Notes: generated from the letters alone by a model not told the origin. A stretch of 37,686 bases of DNA from Catajapyx aquilonaris (GCA_000934665.2 KZ538986.1:1-37686), one strand, 5' to 3'. Shown: positions 11,501-23,312, counted from the stretch's first letter. Translations and numbers: made by a program.

Positions 11501-12497
11501 TGAGGGCGGATCAATAAGTAACGCAAATAATTAATTTCTTCCATCACGGTTGCAAATAGAAGGTTGCAATTGAGGGGTTGAGAACAAGAATGGCGTATGC
11601 CACTCAATGGGCTAAACGGAGTTATCACCACAGATAGAATCCTCACACCATATTCTACCAGTGTCAGACTAAATGCATATGTTGGCATGAGTTATCTGAA
11701 TGAAAAGAGCACCCAAACATTCCGATTAACATTGAGGAGATAGGCAATTGAAACCTTCAAACGTGTTTACGGTATTTACTTTTGTTTCTAATGTGGCATA
11801 CGCCATTCTTGTTCTCAACCCCTCAATTAGGCACGCATCTTATCTGACTCTCTGGCTAAAAACCGATGTGGTTGGATCTTCTGCTGCCATAGTGGTGGAA
11901 GTGGGAACTATGCCACAAAGATGTTGCGCTTGTTAGGATCGTCAACTATTGAAGAGCAGCGAGGTGGTGCGAGGTTTTTGTGGGGTCAACGGAAAACAGA
12001 GTGATCGGCGGAACCACTGTGAATGCCACAAACTATGATGACACATTGACGAAGTTGCGTCGTGCCCTTCGTGACAAACGCCCCAACAGAGATGTTGCAA
12101 ATATTAGAGTGCTTCATGACAACACTTGGCCCCATCTTGCACGACAGGTCCAAAAGAAAATTGGGGAATTTGGTTGGGAGGTGCTCCAACACCCACCCTA
12201 CACTCCGGACCTCGCTCCATTGGACTTTCACCTGTTTGGTCCTCTGAAGAAGTTTCTGAACGGCCAACACTTCGATTCTGATGAGGAGGTCAAGACTGTC
12301 GCCCGCAGGTGGCTGTACGCCCAAAAGACAGACTTCTATGAACAGGGTGTACTGAAACTGGTGTCACGGTGGGAGAAAAGTGTAGAGCAAATTGGTTATG
12401 TTAAAAAATAACTAAATAAGTATGAATAATTGGGAGGTTGCCTACCTATTAAACGTTTGCATAAATTAAATTTATTGAGTTACTTATTGCCCTCGAA
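11501..12497 (+). mobile_element. Internally deleted and rearranged mariner element
   Basis: Degenerate TIRs TA|TGAGGGCGGATCAATAAGTAAC and GTTACTTATTGCCCTCG. An N-terminal remnant (EEQRG..RFLW) is fused to a C-terminal transposase segment. Confidence 0.8.
11980..12411 (+). pseudogene. Mariner (DD34D) transposase C-terminal fragment
   Basis: VLHDNTWPH, WEVLQHPPYTPDLAPLDFHLFGPLK and FYEQGVLKLVSRWEK. The HTH and the first catalytic Asp region are missing. Confidence 0.9.
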
Positions 12498-12851
12498 TAT
12501 GTCATGCTCATTCCTCCACAATAAAGAATAGAATTGTCTGAAAGAAGTGTGTTGGTTTAGAGATACACGGGTAGTACAATATTCCGTGTTGGGAGTAGAA
12601 GTCTGAAAGGAAGTTATTGTGAGAACCAATCAGACATATGGAGTCCCAAACTTTTTCACTAACAATTGACTCTCACATTAATTGCAATAATTATACATGT
12701 ACTGCAAACCTGGAGTGAAATTCTTGTAATTTCTCGCCAGGACAGTCATACCTACAGGATGCTAAAAACTAAAACAACAACTTCAAATATCTTAATTTTT
12801 CCAGTCACATAGAAAATACTTCTGAAGTGTAGTCCATTTGAGAATAGAAGT

Positions 12852-13102
12852 GTGGCAACATGGTGGTGTAGTGGTTATCGCCACAGCCTAAGCCCTAAGG
12901 TCCCGAGTTCAATCCTAGGATCGGAGAGAGGATGCTTATGTGGGTCGAGTTTCAACGTGTTATCTCCATGTTTGCATGGATTTTCTTGGGGCTCTCCTAT
13001 TTCCTCCCACAATCAAAACCCATCACTGCAGAGGCAATGATTAAGTCGGTTACTGAAAAGATGATCCCCTAAAAGGCCCAAGGCAGCCTATCACTGGGTA
13101 TC

Positions 13103-13155
<53 letters not shown>
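12852..13155 (+). mobile_element. Second tRNA-derived SINE family with a V-domain-like core and (ATT)n tail
   Basis: A box TGGTGTAGTGG and B box GAGTTCAATCC. Core GAGTTT...TCTCCATGTTTGCATGGATTTTCT...TTTCCTCCCACA. TSD GAGAATA(G/C)AAGT at 12840-12851 and 13156-13167. Confidence 0.8.
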
Positions 13156-13918
13156 GAGAATACAAGTAACACAGCTGGGATTAAGACACTACTCTCACTA
13201 GCATTGTGGTCTCCCATTGTACCTGGTAACTACCAATATATTCATAAGTATCACTTGGCATCTCAAGCAAGCGGTGGACCTTAGATCTGACACGAGTCCC
13301 AAGGTTGTCCAACATTTTCCCTTCAGTGACCACTAAACAGCTTGTCTGAACTACACCTCCCTGGACCTGTCTAATTGGGTGGGAAAACAATGGTCTTTCA
13401 AGTCCTCTGCCCATGAGATAACCTGCCCCTGCAAGACAGCAACACTCTGGGCAGGCAGAAACTTTTCCCTAAATTGTCTCACCATCCCTCAGATCAACTC
13501 ATCCACGATAGAAATTCTCATACTACTGCAGGTCTCTTTGGGTACCCATTTAGCTTGTAAATGCATGCTCAACATTTCTATCATTGTCAGGAGTCCTTCT
13601 ACAAAAACCCACTGCCTGGCTGTCTGTATCTAAAACTGCAGACTGTCGCAAATTTGCAAAAAATGGGAAAAGTTAAGAAGAAAAAACAATGAATCCAAAA
13701 ATTCCAAGTGCACATCTGTATTTTGTACTCTCATGTAATATCCTGTGGTAAAAAAATTGCTTCTCAAATATAATGGAGTAAAAACATACAGAAAATTATG
13801 GGGAGTGCAGTAAATGAATGCAAACCTCACTTCTAGTGAACACAAGTCTGGGCATTCAGGATGAGTATGTTCATGAAGCGAAAGCCACAAAATCAAGCAC
13901 AAAAGTTTGTGCTTAAAA

Positions 13919-14258
13919 TTATGAGAAGTCCCAATCTTCCTCCTCGTCGTCCTCATCCTCTGAGTCATACATTCCCATCATGGCATTTTCATGTGCTCGA
14001 GTTGCTTCCACTCTCCACCTCTCTGGCCTCATTTTCGCCCACTCGCCCATCTCTCCCCACCCTTCCATATGCACTCCCCCTTCATACATGTCCTGCAGTG
14101 CAAACTCCATAGCCGCCACATGTGCTTTCAATTCTCTGTCCCTCCTTTTCCGGCAGGGCTTCTCGTGGACAAAGTATGCCCATTCCCATCGGGCAGTGTA
14201 GTCTAGTTTTGCCAACGCATCAGCAGTCAGCTTGGGGACCCTGTTACGTCTCTCCCAA
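13919..14258 (-). CDS. IQCB1: Terminal coding exon (exon 3) of an IQ-motif protein resembling the IQCB1/NPHP5 C-terminus
   Basis: Acceptor CATTTGTAG|T in phase 2, matching the donor at 16202. Encodes WERRNRVPKLTADALAKLDYTARWEWAYF...VEATRAHENAM...EEDWDFS*. Confidence 0.65.
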
Positions 14259-14456
14259 CTACAAATGAGATAGCACAGCTTAATATTTTTTGGCTACCTC
14301 ACCCTTCCATTCAAGCTATATTCCATTCTTGTCTAGTACTGAATGCATTCCAAACATGCTTACCATCAGGTCATGGGTACCCATGCAACAAATCTTCTGA
14401 AAAAATAACATTACTTTCTTGCAGCATTTAGGCAATGTCCCTCTTACCCCTTTATA

Positions 14457-15199
14457 CAGTGAAACCTGTGTATAGCGGAATCGCACGGGACCCCAAAAAT
14501 TTTCCGTAATGGACAGGTTTCCGCTATAACCAGATCAAAGACGTTGCTAATTTTTTTTGCCCGCGAGAAAGAGAGGATAGGGGAGAGCAAAGCACCTTAC
14601 CTCAATATGGTGCAAAATCATAATTTTGCCTGCGCCATTAGGCCATCAACCCAGACTCTGGCAATTTGCTGAACGCCCTGAACCTGTATCAACCCCTTCC
14701 TCTTCCCCGACATTTTAAAACTGGACTGATGAACTAAAAGGCACCTACCAGGCACCTACGAATCACATGAGACATCTTCTTGGCCAGTCCCACAAGCGGT
14801 TTTTCGAGTTTCCCAACCAAAAATACAAAAATAGGAAAAGTGAGGAAAGGGGCTTTCTTCACTCTTTGTCTTCAAGGCCACGGGCCTGTAGCACTAATGA
14901 GACAAACGGTTGGTTCAAAAAGGGTTACTCAGAGGCCTTCTGGGAGGGCCGATAGGGAACTCAGCTGTAGTTTCTATTTTTGTGACCCGTAGGAGATAAT
15001 GTGAGCCTTTTGATTTCCGTTATGAACAGGGATTTTCTTTGAAGAGAGACAAAAATCTTTCCGCTTCCGCGTTGGGGAGGTTCCACTATATCCGTCAAAA
15101 ATACATTTCATGCCCTATGCATGTGCCCGTTCCCGGTAAAAATTCCATAATAGATAGGTTTCCGCTATATCCAGGGTCCGTTATGGGCAGGTTTCACTG
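14457..15199. mobile_element. pogo/Tigger-like MITE
   Basis: TA|CAGTGAAACCTG...CAGGTTTCACTG|TA, with repeated subterminal AGGTTTCCGCTATA motifs. Confidence 0.85.
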
Positions 15200-15406
15200 T
15201 AATTGATATTAGGGAGGTTGGCCCGGCAATGCTTCATCAACCTCCAAGGATAGGGAAGGAAGGAAGCAAGCGGCTGTGGCATATTATAAGGAAGCAACCC
15301 CAGAATTATCCTAGGAGGACTGTGGAAAACCACAGAAAACCACGGTCAGGATCGTCGGCCCCGGGATTTGAACCCAGGACCTCCCGATTAGCAGTCGGAC
15401 TCCTTA

Positions 15407-16034
15407 AGCCTGTTTTACGAATTCGCTTTTCGCGTCATAACGCGACTTCATAACGCTGGATGGCAAGCAACGTGCGCGGCAGACCAATTTATCAATGACA
15501 AAAGACAACGCGCAGCACACAGCCGCGTTTTGCTGTCGAAAGAGCGAGCTGCCGGCTTCAAATTCTCCAGAAGTCGGGCAGCATGCTGTCGTGCTGAGCC
15601 AATCGGAAGGAGTCCCGTCCAGTCCCGTGACATCCATGCCCCCGTCACCTCCTCTCCTCCTCGTCCCCCGTCTTGCTTATTTTCCCCCTATGTTTTTTCC
15701 AGTCCGCCTGGCCACTAATGTCCCGTCCTTTTGCCCCCGTCCCGTCCGCCTTTGCCCCGTATGTGGTCCAGGACACTGCCCTCACCCGGCTAACTGCCCC
15801 GGAGCCCGCCCGGAGCCCGCCCCACCCCAGGTTGGCTTAGTGCACATACTTCTCCGACCCTCTCCTTCTCATACTTGCCCATTCCTTCTCATACTTTGTC
15901 GCGAGCAGCAACCTTTTCGTGAATTGACACACGTAGGAAGTGGCTTTTTGCTGCCCATCCATATGTAGTGACGACTTGCAGTTTGCGGAATGAAGTCGCT
16001 TTATAACGCGAGAAGGGAATGAGTAAAACAGCCT
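15407..16034. mobile_element. PIF/Harbinger-like MITE
   Basis: Imperfect TIRs of about 45 bp (AGCCTGTTTTAC...GCGACTTCAT / ATGAAGTCGC...GTAAAACAGCCT) with 3-bp flanks TTA/GTA. Inserted in a SINE head. Confidence 0.75.
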
Positions 16035-16201
16035 GTATCCACCATGCCAATCTGCTTTGGTCCCCCCTCATACTTTTTACAGTAATGGGTGTGGCTTCCA
16101 TTGATGGAGGTAAAACAAACAGTCATGGCTTGTCTCTTCAGACTTCACAAGAGATTTGTTGCAAGTGTGGCCAAGACCCAACACAGCAGGCAGGACCTCA
16201 C

Positions 16202-16537
16202 CTGCGGATTTTGCCAATCGCTTTCCACACCAGTCTGAGTTCCACTCGTCTTTCGTTATACTCTGGAGCCCCTTTCTTCCACTCCATCCGCTTCTGCCTC
16301 CACCACTTCTGGAGCACCCTGGCTGCTTGATCTCTCTTTCTCCAAGAGTCCTCTGCTTCCTTTGTTGTCCTTCTTCCTTTGACTCCCTTCCACCAACTTT
16401 GCATCCTAATAGCAGCATCCTTCCTTTTCTCCTCCATAAAAAGGTGCACTTTAGGAGCAGGGATTGAGGTTACGGCCCTCTGCAGGCCTTCTCCAGCACG
16501 GCAATGATGGAGCAGTGGGGGCAACAGGTGCAGAATC
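16202..16537 (-). CDS. IQCB1: Internal exon (exon 2) with two IQ calmodulin-binding motifs, IQCB1/NPHP5-like
   Basis: 336 bp, phase 2-2, TGCAG|G...CAG|GTGAG. Encodes DAAIRMQSWWKGVKGRR, QAARVLQKWWRQKR and NERRVEL. The acceptor position is less certain than the donor. Confidence 0.7.
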
Positions 16538-17349
16538 CTGCATAATGTTGTGGAGCCAAAGATACTGTATAGTGCATTAAAATCAAAACACAGTAAATGT
16601 TCACAAATTGTCTGCAATAATTACCAAAAATCTGCATGTTTTAAGTGAAGACACCTACTCGCCAATGAAGGTCTGAGCCCAAAAGCCAAACAAAGAATAT
16701 CTTCCAGGACTATTTTTTTGGTGCACCCGAATAACTTGCAGTGGAAGGTGTTTCTAATAATATTGGATGACAACGAGACTGACAGTTTCAAAACATCTGT
16801 TATTTGAGTAGTGAAAACCTGAGCTTTAACCATTTGTCTCCTGTGGCCACAATGGTTGCATTATAATGCAACCACACAAAATATTTTTTAAAGATTCACT
16901 GGTATAACCCCGATGAAAATTTCTTTCCCCGTAGAAACTAGAAGAGCTACCTAAGGTTATGTTCGTGAGAATGTACACCACTTGCGTGATATTCTTAATG
17001 GCATGATGTCATAGGCTAAAGGTCTAATTCATTGTTAACAAACGCTTACTGCACGAATTTATATACATACAGCTCCCTGCTGCATATTTCCCGGTAAGTG
17101 GATGTGGAGCTGAAAACCATTTTTAAAATCCCGAAATTCTGAGACTTACTTTTCGCTGGGGAAAAAATCAGAATGATCTGTGAAGGGTAGGCAAACTCCT
17201 CTGCCACCATTTCGGTTGTAAAAAGTTTCCTCTCTCCTAATTGGCCGGGGGGACTGCTCCAAGCTCTAGGTGGTGGCCGCTTGCCAACTTCGCCGCCTTT
17301 TGTTGCACCTGGTGGCTCACATTACCTCCGTTTAAACTAGACCTTTAAC

Positions 17350-18696
17350 CCATTCATGCCTGAGTTTTTTGGGCCATTTCTTCACTTTTTGACCAAAATT
17401 TGTAGTAGGAGTGATATTAATGAAAACTAGTATGCTCCAATATTTATATTTTTAACTTGTGGTGGTCCTTTGTAATGTAAAATGCAGAAATAATTCACCT
17501 ACAGGGTGTTCCTAAAAATGTTTTTAAGTGCAATTAACTAAATGTAATTATATTAATTCAAATTTTTAAAATCACCATAAAATTGTTACTATGGTTACAT
17601 AATAATACTAAAACACTGTATAGGCAACGGATTTCTTAAAGTGAACAGACACGCCCCCCCGGGCGAACCAATGGGGTCGCCTGAATGACCGTGCGTCACA
17701 GTAAGGTTGCCAGGTGAAATACATAAATGTAATTGACATGTGTATTTTAAAAAGGAATTCGACCGATATCAATTATTTGGTTCTGACATAATTTATGAAC
17801 ACTAAAGCATTATTTAGAATAGCGTTATTAGTTACTAACACAAAAAATTAAAATCAGCAAAAGTCTTTCGAAATGGCCACATGGGGACTACTTTCAAGAC
17901 GAGAAACAAAAGAGCATTGGGATCCGTGTCAGCGTAAGTTCGAACTTTCGAAGTATCGTTTGAATCTCTCGTTCCACCATGTCTCGTCTGCCGCCTGCGC
18001 TGCCTTCCAACCCGCCTTATGTGCCTGTCATGGTGTACCTGACATGCCGGTCCAAGTGGGACCCAAATTAACACTTCTGACTTCGGTCAGCCGCATACTT
18101 TTGCAGTAGGTTGGAATAATTACGCTAATAAACGTTTTATAACGTGTTTCATGCCCTTCTCGCTCTCGTTTTGTCGTCATGTCTTGCCCGCGACCTATGC
18201 TCTACTCCATCCCAACAATCCCATCATCGAGCAATAAATTAAAATCAATCATGTATTAAACGACTTATTAGGAGAAATCCGGGCACTTCTTTTCGGCGCG
18301 CATAAGCACCATCGGAATAAGGTTTCCCACTCTGGCGCAGGGATACATGTTGTCATGGTGCCAAAGTGGTGGGGGGGAGAAGTTGGGGAGGAGGGAGGAG
18401 AGAAGTTTGTTTGGGGGTGGGGCCATGGGCCCAGCAGTTCCCTCTAAGAAATCCGTTGCCTTTACTATGCGAAATTCCTAAGAGTCCAGACCTATGGGAC
18501 ACCCTGTAATTATGTCACAGGGTGGGGGGTTGTTTATCTCTCAAGGGCGTGAGCTAAATAAAGCAATCCGACTTTTTGGGTGCTGAGTCACCATCCACTA
18601 GATGGCAGGAGTTTGACCCGCAAACTTTGCCTTCTGCATGAGAACGCTTTGCCGCCAAATTGTTGCCATATGGCTACAGTGGGAATGAAAGGGTTT
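17350..18696. mobile_element. piggyBac-like non-autonomous element containing a nested element
   Basis: TTAA|CCCATTCATGCC...GGAATGAAAGGGT|TTAA, with short imperfect TIRs. Confidence 0.5.
17502..18506. mobile_element. Tc1/mariner-like non-autonomous element
   Basis: TA|CAGGGTGTTCC...GGGACACCCTG|TA. An inner inverted pair AGGCAACGGATTTCTTA / TAAGAAATCCGTTGCCT lies at about 17621 and 18461. Confidence 0.6.
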
Positions 18697-18718
18697 AAAA
18701 ATTTTAAACGGACACTTA

Positions 18719-19101
18719 GGCCCCTGCCACAAGACGGAATTTCCGTCGCATTCTGCTCAAAAAATCAAACACATGGAAGTAAACGGGATTCCGTCGGGAT
18801 GTGACACACACGACGGATTTTCCGTCCTTATGTCGAGCACCAGCCGAAGACACGATAGAAAAAACCAACCGCCGATTCGGTCGGGGACAATAATCCCATT
18901 GCAATACATTGAATCGGCTGGGGGAATGCCACACTACCGACAGAAAAAGCGGCTTTTCTGGCATGGAAACCAGGGGATTGGTAGCTGAAATGGCAGCAAG
19001 GTGGCAGCACAGTCGATGGAAATTTGGCATGAAAAAAAGTTGCAAAATCATTCGGCGACGGAATTTCCTTCGCGGAAATCCCGTCTAGTGTGGCAGGGCC
19101 C
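18719..19101. mobile_element. PIF/Harbinger-like MITE
   Basis: TTA|GGCCCCTGCCACAAGACGG...CCGTCTAGTGTGGCAGGGCCC|TTA, with internal GACGGA..TTCCGTC palindromes. Confidence 0.85.
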
Positions 19102-19480
19102 TTAATGTTTTCCTAATTCATCAGAGAGAGTGGGCAATCGTGAAATGTTCATGTGTGTACTTATACTGATACGAAAATTACAGCAGTCTTGCCAATAATT
19201 ATTGGACGACCCACATACAACAATGTAATAGGAAAGTCCTATAATTTCAGACTTGAGGGGCACCCAGGGAAAAAATTGTGCAGATGTCAAAGAGCGCGCC
19301 ATCACAATGGGGCGGATAAAGCAGAGCTGCTTATTCTTTGGCAGTTTCGAGTCTGTCCTTTATAGAGGGCAGCACCTAGCAGATATCCATGGTGTTTTGA
19401 TTTTGCAAACACCATCAGTCACTGCCGGGAAAATTATTTCCGGGTGTTTGCAGTTGTAAACACTATGCCTCAAAGGGTTA

Positions 19481-19535
19481 AAAGATGATGCCCTAAAAGG
19501 CCCAAGGAGGCCTATCACAGGGTATCCATTATAAT
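19481..19535 (+). repeat. Isolated 3' tail of the 12852-13155 SINE, or of its partner LINE
   Basis: AAAGATGATGCCCTAAAAGGCCCAAGGAGGCCTATCACAGGGTATCCATTAT nearly matches 13057-13108. Confidence 0.8.
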
Positions 19536-19885
19536 TAGCCCTTCATAAAATGTGACCCCATCATCTCTTTCCTGATAATTGGCAAATTTCCCAGCAGGGG
19601 TCAGAGGGGTCAAGCAAGACATAATCCACCCCATCTACCCTTTTCACACCTGCCCTAGAGGGGAATAAGTTCTCTGAGGCAAGTCAAGTCAGCTGATTAG
19701 GAAGCAGGGGTGGGAGTTTGTTTTGGCTCAAGTCATTCAAGGGCAAGGGATAAGGAGCTGATAGGAAACAAAAGGCTCCTGGATGGAAAAGGCTAACAAA
19801 GTCATCTATAGTAAAACATGCTGATTTTCTCTATTTGTTGGTCACAATCATCATCATAATTACCACAGGCTTACGTATTCCTCAC

Positions 19886-19965
19886 CTTCGTTTTGGGTCA
19901 TCACTCGGGTCATCACTGCATCTTGCCCCGACTTCTTCGCTCCGCTTCGCCTCTCCTGATGCCAT
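19886..19965 (-). CDS. Putative first coding exon of the IQCB1-like gene (exon 19886-20007, ATG at 19965)
   Basis: Acceptor TTTTTGTAATTTCAG and ATG in context AGGATGG. Encodes MASGEAKRSEEVGARCSDDPSDDPKR. Donor AAG|GTGAG is phase 2, compatible with the exon starting at 16537. Confidence 0.5.
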
Positions 19966-20627
19966 CCTGATTTTCCACACTCAGCCTGAAGAGTGCCTTT
20001 GGTTGGACTGAAATTACAAAAATCTAACATCAAAAAACAGTTCCAGCTTGAAGGTCAGAAATAAGTTAGTGTTGTTTTGCCTGTTTTGTTGTTGTTCCAA
20101 TCAAGGGGCCTTTCACTTAGCACATGGGGAGTTGACTTGCCGCAGAGTTGGCCCCTGGAAAGAACAGGTCACTTACCACCTTACCATAAGGACTCACTCA
20201 TTCAATGTGGCTGTCCAGTTGTTTTTTGGGCTGTTCGATGAAGGCAGAGACTAGGATGAAGGCCCACGGTTCACAGGATCGGCACAATTTGGTCTTGGGT
20301 GTTCTGGGCTCTATTCCTCCGACGTTGGGTCCCTCCAACCTTTGGCTCTAAGCATGATGGGCTAAACTGGGAAAATACCTTCAACTTTGGCCTGGGCCAC
20401 CGTCCTTCCGACCAGTCAACAACTGCGGCACTGTGCGGTCGTGAATCGTGATATGTTTATGTTGAGAAAACAAAAGAACACTACTCGCATAAGTTGCGGT
20501 TTCCCCCCGCCAGTTGGCGTTGGTTGGTTGGAAGCTTGTTTGAAGCGAGGGAAAAAGCGGGAAACAGTCACATCATGAGTCACATTGTGAATTGTATTGT
20601 TCGTTTCCAGAGGTGCCACTGTGGCAG

Positions 20628-20640
20628 GTTGTCAAGTAAC
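20628..20640. promoter_or_regulatory. Candidate RFX X-box upstream of the IQCB1-like gene
   Basis: GTTGTC-A-AGTAAC fits the GTYRYC-N-RGYAAC pattern. It lies upstream of a CpG-richer putative 5' region, with GCGGGAAA (20557-20564) and TGAGTCA (20576-20582) nearby. Confidence 0.4.
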
Positions 20641-20775
20641 AGGTTGTCAGGTAGGACCCAAGACCTACATTGCATCCATTGCATCCATTGCACATCCAAA
20701 AAAGGCCTCATTTTTGGCCATTTTCAAAGTTTCTCGATTTTTCCCTTCCCAATGGTATTGCGCAATGTGGCTTAA

Positions 20776-21254
20776 AGGGACACTCCACTCAAAATACAAG
20801 TTGCCCCCCAAAAATCGGGCAAAAAAATACGATTCCAACGACACCAATAATTATTTTTTCCGATGAACGATGACCCCAGGGGAACCGGATCATTACATGC
20901 GTATTTTGGCGATACGGTTGCAACCGTATGCTACTGTTCACGACACCCTCGCCGCCTGTCGGCAGGAATGGGAAATGGAGCAGGCGCAGCTCTGCCCGCG
21001 AATTCAAACCAGAACGTATTCGAACCGTGTGCAACTGTTCACGACACCTGCGCCACCTATCGGCACTGCGCGCGCTACACTTCTCCGGTTTGCCGCGGGA
21101 TGGTGTTGAATCGCCTTTCTTAGCAGACGACGTGTGTAGATATATGATTTTCCGTGTTACCGTTGGGCGTATGAAAAAACCGATTGCACATTCGGAATCA
21201 GGATTTTTTGCCCGATTTTTGGGGGCCAACTTGTATTTTGAGTGGAGTGTCCCT
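20776..21254. mobile_element. Kolobok-like MITE, same TIR family as 8624-9983
   Basis: TTAA|AGGGACACTCCACTCAAAATACAAGTTG...CAACTTGTATTTTGAGTGGAGTGTCCCT. The right flank is GTAT rather than TTAA. Confidence 0.85.
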
Positions 21255-23312
21255 GTATCACCCACGAGTGGGAATAGCCTTATCCCATGTAACTTATATC
21301 CCTTTTCTCTCCTACAATATTTATGGTCATCATGTCAGCTATATCTTAATCAATTCAGCATGAGTAGGAAATTGAGATTAGTGGATTACATTTTGCAAAT
21401 TATTTATAATAATCAACATTTAGGGCCTCAAAGAGGCAGGAACAGGCAGGAAATTGGAACGGCGATGAAAGTGCGTAAACTAGGGTTTTGCAGAAAAAAT
21501 CCTTCCAGTCATCTCACTTTCACACTCTTTGGATGCAAGTTGCCGTTTTTTGAATAAAATCGAGTGGTCCATAGTGGAGATGAATGGGATATAAGTTGAT
21601 GGTGCAAACCGGAGCTTTTTCGGCCTTTCTTCGAGTTCCAACTCTGGCCGAAAGAGGACGAGACACTCGATCCCACCTACACAAATCCTCCCTACACAAA
21701 AGAAGGGTCGCGTTTGCGGTTGACCATTCCCTCGAGGCACAATAAAAACCGTGGAAATTAGGGTTCCCCCAACTTCTAGTAGTTCTCAAATCAGTCAAAT
21801 TTTGACAAAATTATTATTTGGCGAAAGCAGGTTATAGCTAAATATAAAAATCGGCTTCACGGGTCCGGAGCACCTCATTTTTCCGCATTTTTTGGTGCTT
21901 GTTACGACATCACTTAAAATTTTACGACAGCGTAAATTACTCCCGAATGCAAATGACTTTTTAAAATACTACATTAAGAATATGGGAAAAGTACAGCACA
22001 CATGTGTAAGAGAGAGGTCAGATACACTTACACACACAAAAAAAATCGGTTCTGCTGTTGTTAGTTAGCGAGAACTTTACTCCCAAATTCTCTGTATCCC
22101 CCACTTAAACTTTATTGCAGCATCATGACATATGTCTGTGCATCTGTGATTATTTTCACCAAGATCCGAGATGAGATGTATAAAGATTTCGGCTCACTTG
22201 ATGCGGAAAGACCCCTAGTAAATCGGTCCAGATTTTAAAACGCTATATCTCAAAGACTGTGCCTGACAGAAACCTTCGGAGCAGAGATCCGGATTCAGCA
22301 CGAAAGGTACAATAAGATTAACTATTCACATCTTCAGAAAATGAAAAGTGTTTTTTTTGTAGGACAGTGTAAATTTTCGGTAATTTTCTGCCCTTTGTTT
22401 TGGGCCTTATCTCGTAAACGGAGCCAGATATTCACAGCTTTAGATCAGCCAGGCTTCACTTCATGGAATAAAGTTACATGAGTGTGTGTGCACCTACACT
22501 ATAGGCTATGTGACACTAAATCGCCTGGAACCCCTCTATCACCCCCTAAAGCAACCGTATGCCAAATTTTTCACCCTGTAGAATGGCTCACGTGGTTAGG
22601 GGCACAGCAAGCTAAAAAAATTACTACTATTGGGTAATGTCAGTTAGGCCTACTATAAAACGACCCACGAATTTAGAACACCCTGTATACTCATATGTTC
22701 ATTGGGTTTCGACCATTGCAACATTTTTTTTTCTTCCAAAAACGCCTAATTTTCAGCAATTTCCCAATTTTCGCGATTTTCCCCTCCACACGGCATTGCG
22801 CAATATGGCTAAAACTTGATATGCAGTGTTACGGAATAGATACATACTAGCGTTCAACAAAAATCTGAGGTATCCTCCACACCTGTAGATCAGGATGCTT
22901 TATGTGGTGGATTGAGCAATGTATGATAATAAAAATGTATGACATATCCCAAGAGGTGAGAAACACTGCCCAGATTATATATATTATAATAGAGCAATTA
23001 TTGAACACCTCAATATAATGACTTTACTTTGATTATATCAAGTAAACCACTAATGCTCTGCAGATAGCGTTACTTGTGCAGTCTTATAATTCTCACTAAG
23101 CCTGTGCTTATATTTGGTCATAAGAGAAGTTTTGGAAGATATTTTTCCATGGCTTCAGCCAACAAGCAAGGGTGACTTTCATCACCAAATGGCAACTACA
23201 AGAAGAATTGGGCACTGACTTATTTAACATTTCACGAATTATTGTTTCTTCACTTTGTCTCATTAAAACCTACTGAATAGTGAACACATTGTGGCATTGG
23301 TACTGACAGATA

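Larger units (their letters stand above)
14451..16060 (-). mobile_element. tRNA-derived SINE, tail type A, split by two MITE insertions
   Basis: Body at 15202-15406, head remainder TATCCACCATGCCAATCTGCTTTGG at 16036-16060, and tail end TTTATA at 14451-14456. Confidence 0.8.

Noticed and set aside
13170..13640. Possible coding relic (VVQHFPFSDH resembles an APE endonuclease end)
   Set aside because: A single short motif followed by a stop, with no supporting motifs.
19985..20015. Hammerhead ribozyme-like CTGAAGA...GAAA (also CTGATGA at about 4927)
   Set aside because: Stem II pairs poorly and no stems I or III were found. The 19985 site overlaps a predicted exon acceptor.
21700..22690. Defined transposon in a region of TIR-like fragments (for example CACCCTG|TA near 22685)
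   Set aside because: Probably decayed DNA-element debris, but paired ends could not be assigned.
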